Below are positions 11,770 to 23,829 of a DNA stretch of 64,000 nt, one piece after another; position 1 is the stretch's first letter, and the number at the start of each line of letters is the position of its first letter. This DNA comes from Mobula birostris (Eukaryota). The stretch covers positions 40,192,450 through 40,256,449 of the forward strand of contig NC_092377.1 in assembly GCF_030028105.1 (NCBI RefSeq), written 5' to 3'. Below the pieces are notes generated by a model, which was not told the origin of the DNA, made no database searches, and worked only from the letters and a program-made list of their open reading frames with translations. Position numbers and translations under genes: made by a program.

Positions 11770-11900
11770 TCTATTTATTTATTTAGAGAAACAGTGCAGT
11801 ATATGCCCTTCCAGCCAAGCCTCCAGCAACCCTCAGATTTAAACCTAGCCTAACCATGGGACAATTTACAATGACTAATTAACCTAATGTCCAGTATGAC
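11770..11900 (-). mobile_element. SINE 3' fragment (same family as 20143-20431)
   Basis: atttatttatttagag...gcccttccagcc...gggacaatttacaatgac shared with the 20143-20431 copy. Confidence 0.65.
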
Positions 11901-12089
11901 TTTACAAAGCTGGTTTGTTAAAATCAGCAAAATACTTCAGTACTTGGAATATCCTGCGGTTTTGTTTTGTAAATCAAGTCAACTTTGGAGAATAACAACT
12001 GCCTGTACAAACACACCATTAGACAAAGGAATAAGTCAACATCTAGGTTGTAAGTGATTGCTGAGAAAAGATACAGTATGAGCCTACCC

Positions 12090-12400
12090 AATATCAGAAA
12101 TGGAAACTGATAGAGCAGAAAAAATCAAGTTAAATGGTGGTAACATTTGTTCTAAGTCCAAAGGCACAATGTGCCCAGACAGAGGTTGAGGCGCTGCTCC
12201 TCAAACTTGCATTGGGCCTCATTTTAACAGAATAGGAGTTAACAGACCAATACAGCAGAGTGGGAGTGGGGTGGAGAATTAAAGTAGGCACACAAAGCTC
12301 AGGTTACCTCTGCTGACTGAGTGCAGGTGTTATGCAAACTGGTCCCCAATCCGTATTCACTTTCTCCATGCTAAAGGAGACCACATCATAGACTGCAGGA
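12090..12400 (-). mobile_element. Old degenerate Penelope-like GIY-YIG fragment
   Basis: tgctcctcaaacttg, gtgggagtggggtggagaattaaagt and gcaggtgttatgcaaactggtccccaa match the antisense of the PLE endonuclease C-terminus. Confidence 0.55.
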
Positions 12401-13849
12401 ACTTGATTTTTCTGTCAGTATCAGTCATCTGTCTATGAAATAAACTCAGCATGTATGTTTTATTTCTCTTTCTCTGTTTTTCTCTGAAGGTGGATAACAT
12501 GTCGAGTCTGACCTGCTAGGCACGTCTGCCTGCTCTTAATTTCTCAACTCCTACATCCTTTTGTCTATGTTCTCACTTTGCAAAGGCACCCATTCACCCT
12601 ATTGATCTTACTGTACAACCTTGTCTGATCCTAAATGATCACCCCAGTTCTATCCTGACAGAGGTCTCCATCTCCCTCACTGCCCTGTGGCTTAAGAATG
12701 TCTTATGAACATTTCAATGCCATTTCAAACAATGAGACTTCAACTTGAAATGTTAACACTGTTCCTATTCTCATGGATGTAGTCTAACCAACTATTTTTG
12801 GCGTTTTTATTTCTATTTTATATTTCCTGCATTTTTTTCATATAGAGTATGTAATTTGGAATGAGACAATGTCTAAGTAAACAAATCCTGGGATCTGCTT
12901 CTTTTTGCCCTGAGTGTTTATAAATTTCCTTTGCCAGAACAAAGTTCTTTTTTACTTCAATGTTGTTCCAATTATGGTCCCAATCTTCTTCCACAATAAA
13001 GCACAGTCTTCCACTGGAAAAACTCAGCAGCACTTCCCAGTAATATTTTTCCAAGTGGAACTAAATATAAAATCCAATATTTTTGTTCATTTTAGCCAAC
13101 AACAAACTAAGTTACAAGTCAAAACATAAAATCACAGATAGAGGAAAGGTAAGGCATAAAACCCAGTAAACATGTAACAGAAATCTTCAGAATAAAAATT
13201 TGCAATAAATGACAAAGATCTGAGTTTGGAGATAGAAAGAAATTCTCAAAGAATAACTTAACAATCAGCAAGTGAAATAGAGAAAATAGTTATCATACAT
13301 AACACTTTTACTAACATCCTCTCAAGTATTGAATTGTCAGTATGTTTGCTGTTTATCCTTCTTTATGGAGGAGGGATTTTATCATGAATTGCTGTGAATT
13401 TAAGCATTATTCAGAAAAGCGATGCATTATTCTAGTCAAGATGGAACTGAGCTGCAGGCTCTGTCGAGGTCCTGACTCAACAGAGACATGTGAGAGGATT
13501 TTTAAGAGGTTATTCTTCTGAAAAAAAGACTAGGGAACTAAAATTGGAACAGCCATTTCAAGGGTTTGCAGTCTTATATCCTAGTGGTGCCACAGGGCCG
13601 ACAGTGCAGTCCCCTTTGGATTAATGTATCTCCATGAACAATGTACAAATAAACAAATCATTAATCAAAGCCAAAATGAGATCCCTCTTTGGTCATGTGG
13701 GTTATCTGACCAGCATCCTTTGTCAGTTATCCTTTCCTCCCTAACAACTCAGCTTAGATGGATTTCCACTAGGAAACCAATTACTGGGAGGAATGTTATA
13801 AAGGGGTAGCAGTGATTGCGAGGGTTAAAATCTTTATTCCTTGAACAAT

Positions 13850-15182
13850 GTATTGAATGGAATTGGATTGAATTGAATTGACTTGACTTTATTTCTCACA
13901 TACTTCGCATACATGAGTAAAAATCTTTACACTACCGAGGAACTTAAAGCTGTTTACTCTCTCAACCCCAGATCCATTAATGTCAATGGGGTTAGCCCGT
14001 CTCCATTCCTCCTGTAATCCACAACCAGCTCATCTGTTTTTGCGGCATTGAGGGAAAGGTTGTTTTCTTGACACCACTGTGTCAGAGGGATGATTTCTTC
14101 CCCGTAGGCCACCTCGTTATTGTTTGAGATTAGGCCAATCAATGTAGAGTTGTGGGCAAATTTAATTAGCAGATTAGAGCTGTGCATGGCAACACAGTCA
14201 TGAGTATACAGGGAGTAAAGGAGGGGACTTAGCCCTAAGGGGCTCCTGAGAGGTGGAGGTGAGGGAGCCCACTCTTACCACCTGCTGGTGACCTGACAGG
14301 AAGTCCAGGATCCAGCTGCACAAGGCAGGGTCAAGGCTGAGGCCTCTGAGCTTCTTGTCGACCCTGGATAAAATTAAAATGTTGAATGCTGAACTACAGT
14401 CCAAGTACAGCATTTTCACATAAGCAACCTTCTTCTCCAGATGTGTAAGGACGGTATGCAGAGCCGTGGATATTGCATCATTTGTCGATCGGTTGTGTCA
14501 GTAAGCGAATTGTAGGGGGTCCAGTTTGTGTGGTAGCATGCTGCAGATGTAATCCTTGACCAGCCTCTCAAAGCATTTGCTTATTATTGAGGTGAGTGCG
14601 ACAGGACTCCAGTCGTTCAGGCGTGTTACCTTCGTCTTTTTTGGTACAGGGAAAATGGTGGATAATTTGAAGCAGGAGGGCACTCGACACTGGGAGAGGG
14701 AGAGGGAGAGATTAAAATTGTCTGTAAACACACCTGCCACTTGTGCTGTGCACATCCTGAGTACTCACACTGTGATATCATCCGGTCCCGCAGTTTTGCG
14801 ACTGTCCACTCATTGGAAACATCTGCGTTCCTCAGCCTCAGAGATGACCGGGTTGCAGGTTGTAGCGGTGGCTTTCCTCGGAGGCTCAGAGTTAGCGACA
14901 TCGAACCGAGCATAAAGGCGATTGAGCTCATCTGGGAGAGAGGCCGCGATGTTGGCGGCACCATAACGTTTGGCTTTGAAGTCTGTGATGGTATGCAGCC
15001 CTCGCCACAAGTCACGTGTGCTATTCGTTGTGAATCTTGACTCAATCTTCTCCTTATATTGTGTTTCGCAGCCTTGATAGCTTTTCTTGAGCTCTAGCTG
15101 ATTGCTGTCAATGTACCGGTAAGATCTATTCACGCGATAAGTGCTGATCACACGGAACTATTGATCCAGGGTTTCTGGTCTG
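13850..15182 (-). mobile_element. Rex1-type LINE with (caatt)n tail, internally deleted near 13930
   Basis: Peptides [46 protein letters not shown]; same family as 37605-39590. Confidence 0.9.
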
Positions 15183-15436
15183 TGCAAAGTTTGGGATCTT
15201 CACCAGTACTGCATCCTCAACCTATGGACTCACTTTTAAGGACTCTACAGCTCATGTTCTCGATACTATTTATTACTTATTTGTTATTATTTTTGTTTTT
15301 CTTTTTGTACTTGCACAATTTATCGTCTTTTGTACATTGGTTGTTTGTCCACCCTTGCTTATGTGTAGTTTTTCATTGACCTTTTTGTGTTTCTTCATAT
15401 TTACTGCAGGTGCTGACGAAAATCAATGCCAGGATA

Positions 15437-16005
15437 GCGCTGGTGAGGCCTCACTTGAAGCATTGGGAGCAGTTTTGGGCCCCTTATCTTAGAAAGGATG
15501 TTCTGAAACCAGAGAGGGTTCAAAGGAGGTTCACAGAAATGATTACAGAATTGAGTGGCTTGTCATATGAAGAGCATTTGATGGCTCTGGTCCTGAATTC
15601 ACCAGAATTCAGAAGAATGTGGGGTGACCTCATTGAAACCTATTGAATGGTGAAAGGCCTTGATAGAATGGATGTGGATAGGATGTTTCCTGTAGTAGGA
15701 GACTCTAAGACCAGAGGACACAGTCACAGAATAGAGGGGCGTCCTTTTAGAACGGAGAAGAGGGGGACTTTCTTTGGCCAGAGAGTGGTGAATCTGTGGA
15801 ATTCTTTACCACCAGCAGCCGAGAAAGCCAAGTCTTTATGTATATTTAAGGTAGAGGTTGATAGATTCTTGATTGGTCAGGATATGAAGGGTTAGAGGGA
15901 GAAAGCAGGAGATTGGGACAGAGAGAAGAATTGGATCAGCCATGATGAAATAGTAGAGCAGAATCGATGGGCTAAATGGCCCAATTCTGCTCCTGTATCT
16001 TATGG
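15437..16005 (+). mobile_element. CR1-type LINE 3' fragment inserted in a Rex-like 3' UTR
   Basis: LVRPHL..W.QFWAPYLRKD, TRGH, VVNLWNSLP; tcttatggt tail. Confidence 0.9.
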
Positions 16006-16941
16006 TAGACATTTACGTATTTTGATAATAAATTTACTTTGAACTTTGATTTTGTACTGGGAGAGGACAAGGACTTCAAAGACTTTAGGGTAAGTTAGAC
16101 AGGGAACAAGGTGCTGACAGAAAGGATAAATTGGAAAACATGTGGACATCAAACCAGTAGATTGTAAGGGAGGGCTCAGGAGGAAAATCTGTATAATAAA
16201 CAAAAAGAAAAGAAATAAAGTAATAACTAATATCTGTGCATTAGGCGCTACAGGTTCAGGGAAATCTAAGAGCTGTAAACTAATCAAAACCAGGAGAGGG
16301 AAATTAGAAACACGTGAGTAAAATATTGGAGTAGAAGAATGGATTAGATTGACTGGCCAAAATAAGCCTGCTTATAAAAATGCACAAAGTAATAGGAACA
16401 AATCAGATGAAATGTGGTACTAATTCAACTTGGAGAGAATAGCTCAGAAGCCAAAAAAAATGACAACATGACGATTATGACTGCAAATTAAATATGCCCC
16501 TTCATAAGATATACAGGACACAGAAAACGTTGGGATAAAGCTGTTATCTTTGCAATTAAGTATGAATCCATCCATTGATGAGAGGGAGAATGACAAGAGG
16601 AAACCAGGCCACAGAAACTTTCAGAATCAGAATCAGGTTTAATATCACCAGCACATGCCATGAAATTTGTTAACTTTAAAGACAAAGTTAAAAAATAGAG
16701 TAGGATTTTAAGGCTACTGTGGGGAGGTATGCTGAGATCAGGTATGAATTAGTGGAATGAATAGATTAAAAATAGATAAATGCAGCAAAAACAGAATGGT
16801 TTTAACAGCAGATTTTAGTTTACATTTATTTTCAAATGAGTAGGCTTGTTCTTATCAGAAAGGGAATGAATATTTTGTGTATGATGTATAGTCTTCGGAA
16901 CTAGAATCAGAAACAGCTTAATATCACTGGTAACTTAATAA

Positions 16942-18921
16942 CCCTCCTCTTCTTCATGGACACCCCGCTCTGGTCTTCTGCCTGCTCTGGATCTCTTTAT
17001 CGCTAACTGCCGACGGGACATCAATCGTCTCGACTTCACCGCACCTTGTCCCCATTCCAACCTCACTCCTTCGGAACGCTCTGCTCTCCACTCCCTCCGC
17101 ACTAATCCTAACCTTATTATTAAACCCGCCAATAAGGGGGGTGCTGTTGTAGTCTGGCGTACTGACCTCTACCTTGCCGAGGCACAGCGACAACTCGCAA
17201 ATACCTCCTCTTATTTACCCCTCGATCGTGACCCCACTAAGGAGCACCAGGCCATTGCCTCCCACACCATCACTGACTTTATCCACTCAGGGGATCTCCC
17301 ATCCACTGCTACCAACCTTGTAGTTCCCACACCTCGCACTTCCCGTTTCTACCTCCTACCCAAGATCCACAAACCTGCCTGTCCTGGCCGACCTATTGTC
17401 TCAGCTTGCTCCTGCCCCACCGAACTCATTTCTGCATACCTTGACACGGTTTTATCCCCCCTTGTTCAATTCCTTCCAACCTATGTTCCTGACACTTCTC
17501 ACGCTCTGAAACTTCTCGATGATTTTAAGTTCCCCGGCCCCCACTGCTTTATTTTCACCATGGATGTCCAGTCCCTATATACTTCCATTCCCCATCAGGA
17601 AGGTCTCAAAGCTCTACGCTTCTTTTTGGATTCCAGACCTAATCAGTTCCCCTCTACCACCACTCTGCTCTGTCTAGCAGAATTAGTCCGTACTCTTAAT
17701 AATTTCTCCCTTGGCTCCTCCCGCTTCCTCCAAACTAAAGGTGTAGCTATGGGCACCTGTATGGGTCCTAGCTATGCCTGCCTTTTTGTTGGCTTTGTGG
17801 AACAATCTATGTTCCGTGCCTATTCTGGTATCTGTCCCCCACTTTACCTTCGCTACATCGACGACTGCATTGGCGCTGCTTCCTGCATGCATGCAGAACT
17901 CGTTGACTTTATTAACTTCGCCTCCAACTTTCACCCTGCCCTCAAGTTTACCTGGTCCATTTCCGACACCTCCCTCCCCTTTCTAGATCTTTCTGTTTCT
18001 GTCTCTGGAGACAGCTTATCCACTGATGTCTACTATAAGCCTACTGACTCTCACAGCTATCTGGACTATTCCTCTTCTCACCCTGTCTCTTGCAAAAACG
18101 CCATCCCCTTCTCGCAATTCCTCCGTCTCCACCGCATCTGCTCTCAGGATGAGGCTTTTCATTCTAGGACAAGGGAGATGTCTTCCTTTTTTAAAGAAAG
18201 GGGCTTCCCTTCCTCCACTATCAACTCTGCTCTTAAACACATCTCCCCCATTTCACGTACATCTGCTCTCACTCCATCCTCCCGCCACCCCACTAGGAAT
18301 AGGGTTCCCCTGGTCCTCACCTACCACCCCACCAGCCTCCAGGTCCAACATATTATTCTCCGTAACTTCCGCCACCTCCAACGGGATCCCACCACTAAGC
18401 ACATCTTTCCCTCCCCCCCCCCCCCCGCATTCCGCAGGGATCGCTCCCTACGCGACTCCCTTGTCCATTCGTCCCCCCCATCCCTCCCCACTGATCTCCC
18501 TCCTGGCACTTATCCGTGTAAGCGGAACAAGTGCTACACGTGCCCTTACACTTCCTCCCTTACCACCATTCAGGGCCCCAAACAGTCCTTCCAGGTGAGG
18601 CAACACTTCACCTGTGAGTCGACTGGGGTGATATACTGCTTCCGGTGCTCCCGATGTGGCCTTTTATATATTGGCAAGACCCGACGCAGACTGGGAGACC
18701 GCTTTGCTGAACATCTATGCTCTGTCCGCCAGAGAAAGCAGGATCTCCCAGTGGCCACACATTTTAATTCCACATCCCATTCCCATTCTGACATGTCTAT
18801 CCACGGCCTCCTCTACTGTAAAGATGAAGCCACACTCAGGTTGGAGGAACAACACCTTATACTCCGTCTGGGTAGCCTCCAACCTGATGGCATGAACATC
18901 GACTTCTCTAACTTCCGCTAA
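16942..18921 (+). CDS. PLE reverse transcriptase + GIY-YIG endonuclease; 659 codons open, native start lost (first ATG at 17560)
   Basis: Frame read codon by codon with no stop from 16942: IIKPANKGGAVVVW, FYLLPKIHK, GRPIVS, DVQSLYTSIP, QTKGVAMG, RYIDD, LPFLD, YKPTDS..YL...S.HP, Cys linker CKRNKCYTC, VIY..RCSRCGLLYIGKTRR. Confidence 0.93.
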   Translation, partial: PSSSSWTPRSGLLPALDLFIANCRRDINRLDFTAPCPHSNLTPSERSALHSLRTNPNLIIKPANKGGAVVVWRTDLYLAEAQRQLANTSSYLPLDRDPTKEHQAIASHTITDFIHSGDLPSTATNLVVPTPRTSRFYLLPKIHKPACPGRPIVSACSCPTELISAYLDTVLSPLVQFLPTYVPDTSHALKLLDDFKFPGPHCFIFTMDVQSLYTSIPHQEGLKALRFFLDSRPNQFPSTTTLLCLAELVRTLNNFSLGSSRFLQTKGVAMGTCMGPSYACLFVGFVEQSMFRAYSGICPPLYLRYIDDCIGAASCMHAELVDFINFASNFHPALKFTWSISDTSLPFLDLSVSVSGDSLSTDVYYKPTDSHSYLDYSSSHPVSCKNAIPFSQFLRLHRICSQDEAFHSRTREMSSFFKERGFPSSTINSALKHISPISRTSALTPSSRHPTRNRVPLVLTYHPTSLQVQHIILRNFRHLQRDPTTKHIFPSPPPPAFRRDRSLRDSLVHSSPPSLPTDLPPGTYPCKRNKCYTCPYTSSLTTIQGPKQSFQVRQHFTCESTGVIYCFRCSRCGLLYIGKTRRRLGDRFAEHLCSVRQRKQDLPVATHFNSTSHSHSDMSIHGLLYCKDEATLRLEEQHLILRLGSLQPDGMNIDFSNFR

Positions 18922-19218
18922 TGCCCCACTTCCCCCTCGTACCCCATCTGTTACTTACTTTTATACACACATTCTTTCTCTCACTCTCCTTTTTCCTCTC
19001 TCTGTCCCTCTGAATATACCCCTTGCCCATCCTCTGGGTCCCCCGCCCCCCCCCGTCTTTCTTCCCGGACCTCCTGTCCCATGATCCTCTCGTATCCCCT
19101 TTTGCCAATCACCTGTCCAGCTCTTGGCTCCATCCCTCCCCCTCCTGTCTTCTCCTATCATTTTGGATCTCCCCCTCCCCCTCCCACTTTCAAATCCCTT
19201 ACTCACTCTTCCTTCAGT

Positions 19219-19256
19219 TAGTCCTGACGAAGGGTCTCGGCCTGAAACGTCGACTG
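19219..19256 (+). ncRNA. Minimal hammerhead ribozyme; predicted cleavage after C19251
   Basis: tagtc-CTGACGA-agggtctcggcct-GAAA-c-GTC-gactg, identical to 7804-7841. Confidence 0.8.
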
Positions 19257-20142
19257 CACCTCTTCCTACCGATGCTGCCTGGCCTGCTGCGTTCACCAGC
19301 AACTTTTATGTGTGTTGCTTAATATCATTGGCATATGTTGTGAAATCTGTTGTTGTGTAGCAGCAGTACAGTAATAAAACTGTAAATTACAGTAAAAAAA
19401 ATATAAGTAGAGCAAAAAGAGAAAAAAAATGTAGTGAGGTAGTTTTCATGGGTTCAATGTCCATTCAGAAATCTGATGCAGAGGGGAAGATGCTATTCCT
19501 GAATCGTGTGTGTGCCTTCAGGATCCTGTACCTCCTCACCGATGATAGCAATAAGAGAGCATGTCCTGGGTGATGGGGGTCATTAATGATGGATGCCACC
19601 TTTTTGAATCATTGCTCCTTGAAGATGTCCCGGATGCTGAGGAGGCTAGTGCCCAGGATGGTGCTGACTGAGTTCACAACGTTCCACAGCTTTTTCCGAT
19701 CCTGTGCAGAGAACCACCCCCCACCGCGTACCAGACAGTGATGCATCCAGTTAGAATACTGCAGAAATTTGTGAGTGTCTTTGGTGGCTTAACAAATCTC
19801 AAGTTCCTAATGAAATACAGTCACTGTCATGCCGACTTTGTAACTGTATTGCTATGTTGGGCCCAGGATAGATTCTCAAAGATGTTGACATCCAGGTACT
19901 TGAAATTGCTCACCCTTTCCACTTCTGAACCCACTGGTGTGTGGTCCCATCTTACGCAGTACAATCAATTCTACTGCACCAATATGATTCAAAACCAAAC
20001 AGGGTGCAAGACGTGTCAGATTTAATAATGATTTACGAGTAGATCTAGTTAACAATCCAATGGCGCATAAGCATTTATGTAATTATGATCATAATTTGAG
20101 CACGTTCAAGAGAAAATCTAAGTCACTGCTGAGCGTTTTTAA

Positions 20143-20431
20143 AATTTATTGAGATTCAGTGTGGAGTAGGCCCTTCCAGCCCTTCAGGCCACACCACCCA
20201 GAAACAACCCCCCCCCCACCCCCCAAATTTAATGTGAGCCTAATCACGGGACAATTTACAAAGACAAATTGGTCTACCAACCTGTACGTCTTTGGGCTGT
20301 GGGAGGAAACTGGAGCCCCCGGAGGAAATACACACCATCACAGGGAGAACTCCCTCGCAGGCAGAGGCAGGAAATGAGCCCGGCTCACTTGTACTGTAAA
20401 GCGTTGTGCTAACCACTACGTTCTCATGCCG
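20143..20431 (-). mobile_element. tRNA-derived SINE (V-SINE/HE1-like)
   Basis: Reverse complement head cggcatgagaacgTAGTGGTTAGcac (A box), degenerate B box gggctcatttcc, V-domain-like ctccggggg...gtttcctcccacagcccaaagacgtacagg, AT-rich tail. Confidence 0.78.
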
Positions 20432-20549
20432 ACCTTTCTAGATTTAGGTAAACCAGCAAAATCTGTTGGAATATAAAGCAACAGCGGAAGGTAAATTTAG
20501 AGAATTTTGTGTAGAAAAAAACATTCTATATCCATGTACATCAAGTGCT

Positions 20550-20850
20550 GTAGAACATAGAACACATAACAGTACAGCACAGTTCTAACATCAAAGATTT
20601 CCTTCCGCATAGCCCTCTATTTTTCTTTCATCCATCACCTCTTAAATGTCCCTACCACCACCCCTGACAGAGCTTTCCACACACCCACCACTCTGGGTAG
20701 CCCTTTTAAAAACTCTCTGGCTCTCCACTCTATCCCTCTTATCATCTTGTACACTTCTATCAAATCACCTCTCATCCTTCTTCTTTCCACAGAGAAAAGT
20801 CTGAGCTCACTCAACCTTTACTCATAAGAAATACTTTCTAATCCAGGCTT
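20550..20850 (-). mobile_element. CR1-type 3' fragment, degenerate
   Basis: tagaacatagaac tail; atcttgtacacttctatcaaatcacctctcat (antisense of MRGDLIEVYK). Confidence 0.75.
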
Positions 20851-21085
20851 GATTCTACTAATCAAATTCTAATTGAATGAAACAGCAATCGGCAAGATTA
20901 AAGTAGGTGGCATTAAGATTACAGAAAAGGATGCAAACATGTAAGGACTATCACAAATCCTCATAGTTAGGGGAGATAAGATTTCTGCCAGTTGCGCAAT
21001 TTGTTCTGTTTTTTTGCACAATAGATGTTTGATGTTTTCTTGAACAGGTTCGATGGTGTTTCTTTGTTTGATGGTTGCCTGCAGG

Positions 21086-22760
21086 AATCAGAGTAACAGA
21101 GAAGTACTGCCCTTCAGCTAATCTAGTCCATGCTGACAAACCATTTAAACTGGCTACTCCCATCAACCGGCACCGGAACCACAGCACTCCATATCCCTAC
21201 TATCCATGTACCTATCCAAACTTCTCTAAAAAGTTGAAATTGAGCTTGTATGCACCACTTGTGCTAGCAGCTCATTCCACACTCTCACTACCCTCTGAGT
21301 GAAGGAATTTCCCCTCATGTTCCCCTTAAATTTCTCACCTTTCACTCTTTAGCCATGACTTCTGGTTGTAGTCCCACCCAACCTCAGTGGAAAAAAACCT
21401 GCTTGCATTGACCCTATCTAGACCCCTCATAATTTTGTATACCTCTATCAATTCTCACCTCAGTCTTCTATATTCTAAAGAATACAGTTCTAACCTATTC
21501 AGTCTTTCCTTGTAACTCATGTCCTCTAGACCTGGCAACATCCCTGCAAATTTTCTCTGCACACTTTCAATCTTGTTTACATCTTTCCTGTAGGTAGGTG
21601 ACCAAAACTGCATGCACTACTCCAAATTAGGCCTCACCAATGTCTTATACAATTTCAACATAATATTCCATCTTCTGTACTTAATACATTGATTTATGAA
21701 GGTCAATATGCCAAAAGTTCTCTTTTCAACACTACCTACCTATGACTCAATTTTCAATGAATTATATACTTGTATTCCCAGATCCTTTTGTTCTACCACT
21801 CTCCTCAGTGCCCTACCGCTCACTGGGTAAGACCTACCCTGGTTGGGCCTACCAAAATGAAAAACTTCACACTTGTCTGCATTAAATTCCATCTGCCATT
21901 TTCAGCCAATTTTCCAGCTGATGCAGATCCCTCTGCAAGCCACGATAGCCTTCCTCACTGTCCACTACACCCCCAACCTTGGTGTCATCTGCAAATTTGC
22001 TGATCCGGTTAACCACATTATCATCCAGATCACTGATATAGATGACAAACAACAAAGGACCCAGTACTGATCCCTGTGGTACACCTGCCTCCTACTCTTC
22101 TGTAAACTGTTAAGAGTCCATGAAGTTGATGCCACTTTGCCTCACTTCTATAGACCATGTATCTGTCTCCCAAGTAAATACAGATGCAAACAATGTACTT
22201 AAGATCTCCCCCATCTGTTTTGGCTCCACACATAGATTATAATTCTGGTCTCCCAAAGGATCAATTTTGTCTCTTGTAATCCTTTTGCTCTTCACATACC
22301 TGTAGAATCCCTAAGGATTCTCCTTCAACTTGTCTGCTAGAGCAACTTCATGCCTTCTTTTAGCCTTCCTGATTTATTTCTTAAGTGTCTCCTGCACTTA
22401 GGCACCTTATTTGTTCCTACTTGTCTATACCTTAATCAGAGCTTCAATGTCTCTTGAAAACCAGGGATCCCTCCACTTGTTATCTTTACCTTTTATTCTG
22501 ACAGGTACATACAAGCTTTGTACTCTCAAATTTACATTTTTGAAGGCCACCCACTTTCCAAGCACACCTTTGCCAGAAAGAGCCAGTCCCAATTGACACT
22601 AGCCAGATCATTTCTGATACCATCAAAATTGGCCTTTCTCCAAATTAGAATCTCAACCAGCAGACCAGACCTATCTCTTTGCATATTTACTTTGAAACTA
22701 ATGGCATTGTGGTCACTGGATGCAAACTGTTCCCCTAGCAAACTTCTGTCACCTCTTTGT
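21086..22760 (-). mobile_element. CR1-type LINE with internal deletion near 22090
   Basis: Colinear with 32786-35010 apart from a gap of about 600 bp; peptide SDHNAISF...WRKANFDGIR. Confidence 0.88.
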
Positions 22761-23091
22761 CACCAGATTCTGGGACGACAAATCTCAAAGTTAAATTCTG
22801 TACACATACTTCGATAATTAATGCACTTTTAATCTGTTTAACAGGAGAAAGTAAGCTAACATAAAGAAAGCTTAAAAGAAACTTGAGGGAAATCAAAATC
22901 AGCAGATAAATATTTGAAAGAACAGTGAGGAAAGAAGTAAAATGAGCATCTTGAAAGCTGATAATATTGGAAATCTATTTGAAAATCTGGAAATAACAAT
23001 CCTATTGAATAATTATTTTGAATATTTATTGGTGAATATGGTGGATGAAAATGGTAGCTCATAGGGGTTATTCTGAGGAAAAGGATATTGA

Positions 23092-23718
23092 ATTAGATTA
23101 TGAAGACACACGCAGTCCTCTTTTATTGTCATTTAGTAATGCATGCATTAAGAAATGATACACTATTTCCTCCAGTGTGATAGCACAAAAAATAGGACAG
23201 ACCAAGACTGAAAAAACTAACAAAACTACATAATTATAACATATAGTTACAACAGTGCAACAATACCATAACTTGATGAAGAAGTCCATGAGCACAGTAA
23301 AAAGTTCAAAGTCTCTCAAATGTCCCACATCTCACGCAGACGGGAGAAGGAAGAAAAACTCTCCCTGCCGTGCCGACCACAGTCCGACTCTGAGTCATCC
23401 GAAAACTTCGAGCCTCCGATCAACTCTCCGACACAGAGTACTGAGCGCCATCTCTGTCTGAACGATTCGACCGCAATCTCAGTCGCCAACGGCAGGCAAA
23501 GCCGGGGATTTTGAGGCCTTTCCTCCTGAAGATTCCCGACCACACAGTAACAACAGCAGCAAAATGGCATTTCAGAAATTTCTCCAGATGTTCCTCTGTG
23601 CTTTCATGTCCATCTCCATCAAATCAGAATTGTCCACGGCCCCTATTTAATGGATAGGATATCATTTTTCACTGGAGGGCTGCGCATGCACAGCGCGCTG
23701 CTCTCTCTCCTCTTGCCG
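23092..23718 (-). mobile_element. Unclassified non-coding retroposon-like repeat (Rex1-like 3' end, CpG-rich body)
   Basis: Minus strand ends aatgacaataaaag...ataatctaa like LINE 3' ends; body is CpG-rich, with no tRNA A/B boxes and no RT peptide. Confidence 0.5.
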
Positions 23719-23829
23719 ATTTAGTGTCCTAGAATTAGTGTCTAGGATTCAGCCAGAAGAAACTGAACCAAAGTTTTACATCAAGAGCTCTTCAATGGAG
23801 CATTAATGTACTATTACTCTACCATTTTG

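Larger units (their letters stand above)
16931..19316 (+). mobile_element. Penelope-like element (Neptune-like), 5'-truncated, young
   Basis: TSD gcttaatatcactgg (16916-16930) / gcttaatatcattgg (19317-19331); RT + GIY-YIG ORF; pyrimidine-rich pLTR with hammerhead. Confidence 0.95.
16903..19945 (-). mobile_element. Rex1/Babar-type 3' fragment split by the Penelope insertion (parts 16903-16930 and 19317-19945)
   Basis: agaatcagaaacagcttaatatcactgg continues as catatgttgtgaaat after the PLE; colinear with 10093-10780. Confidence 0.8.

Noticed and set aside
18026-18598. 190-aa overlapping ORF and other alternative-frame or antisense ORFs in PLE copies
   Set aside because: By-product of the C/T-rich, stop-poor composition of the PLE sequence.
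20360-20431. Possible tRNA gene (also 50168-50240)
   Set aside because: A/B-box-like heads continue into SINE body and tail; no cloverleaf.
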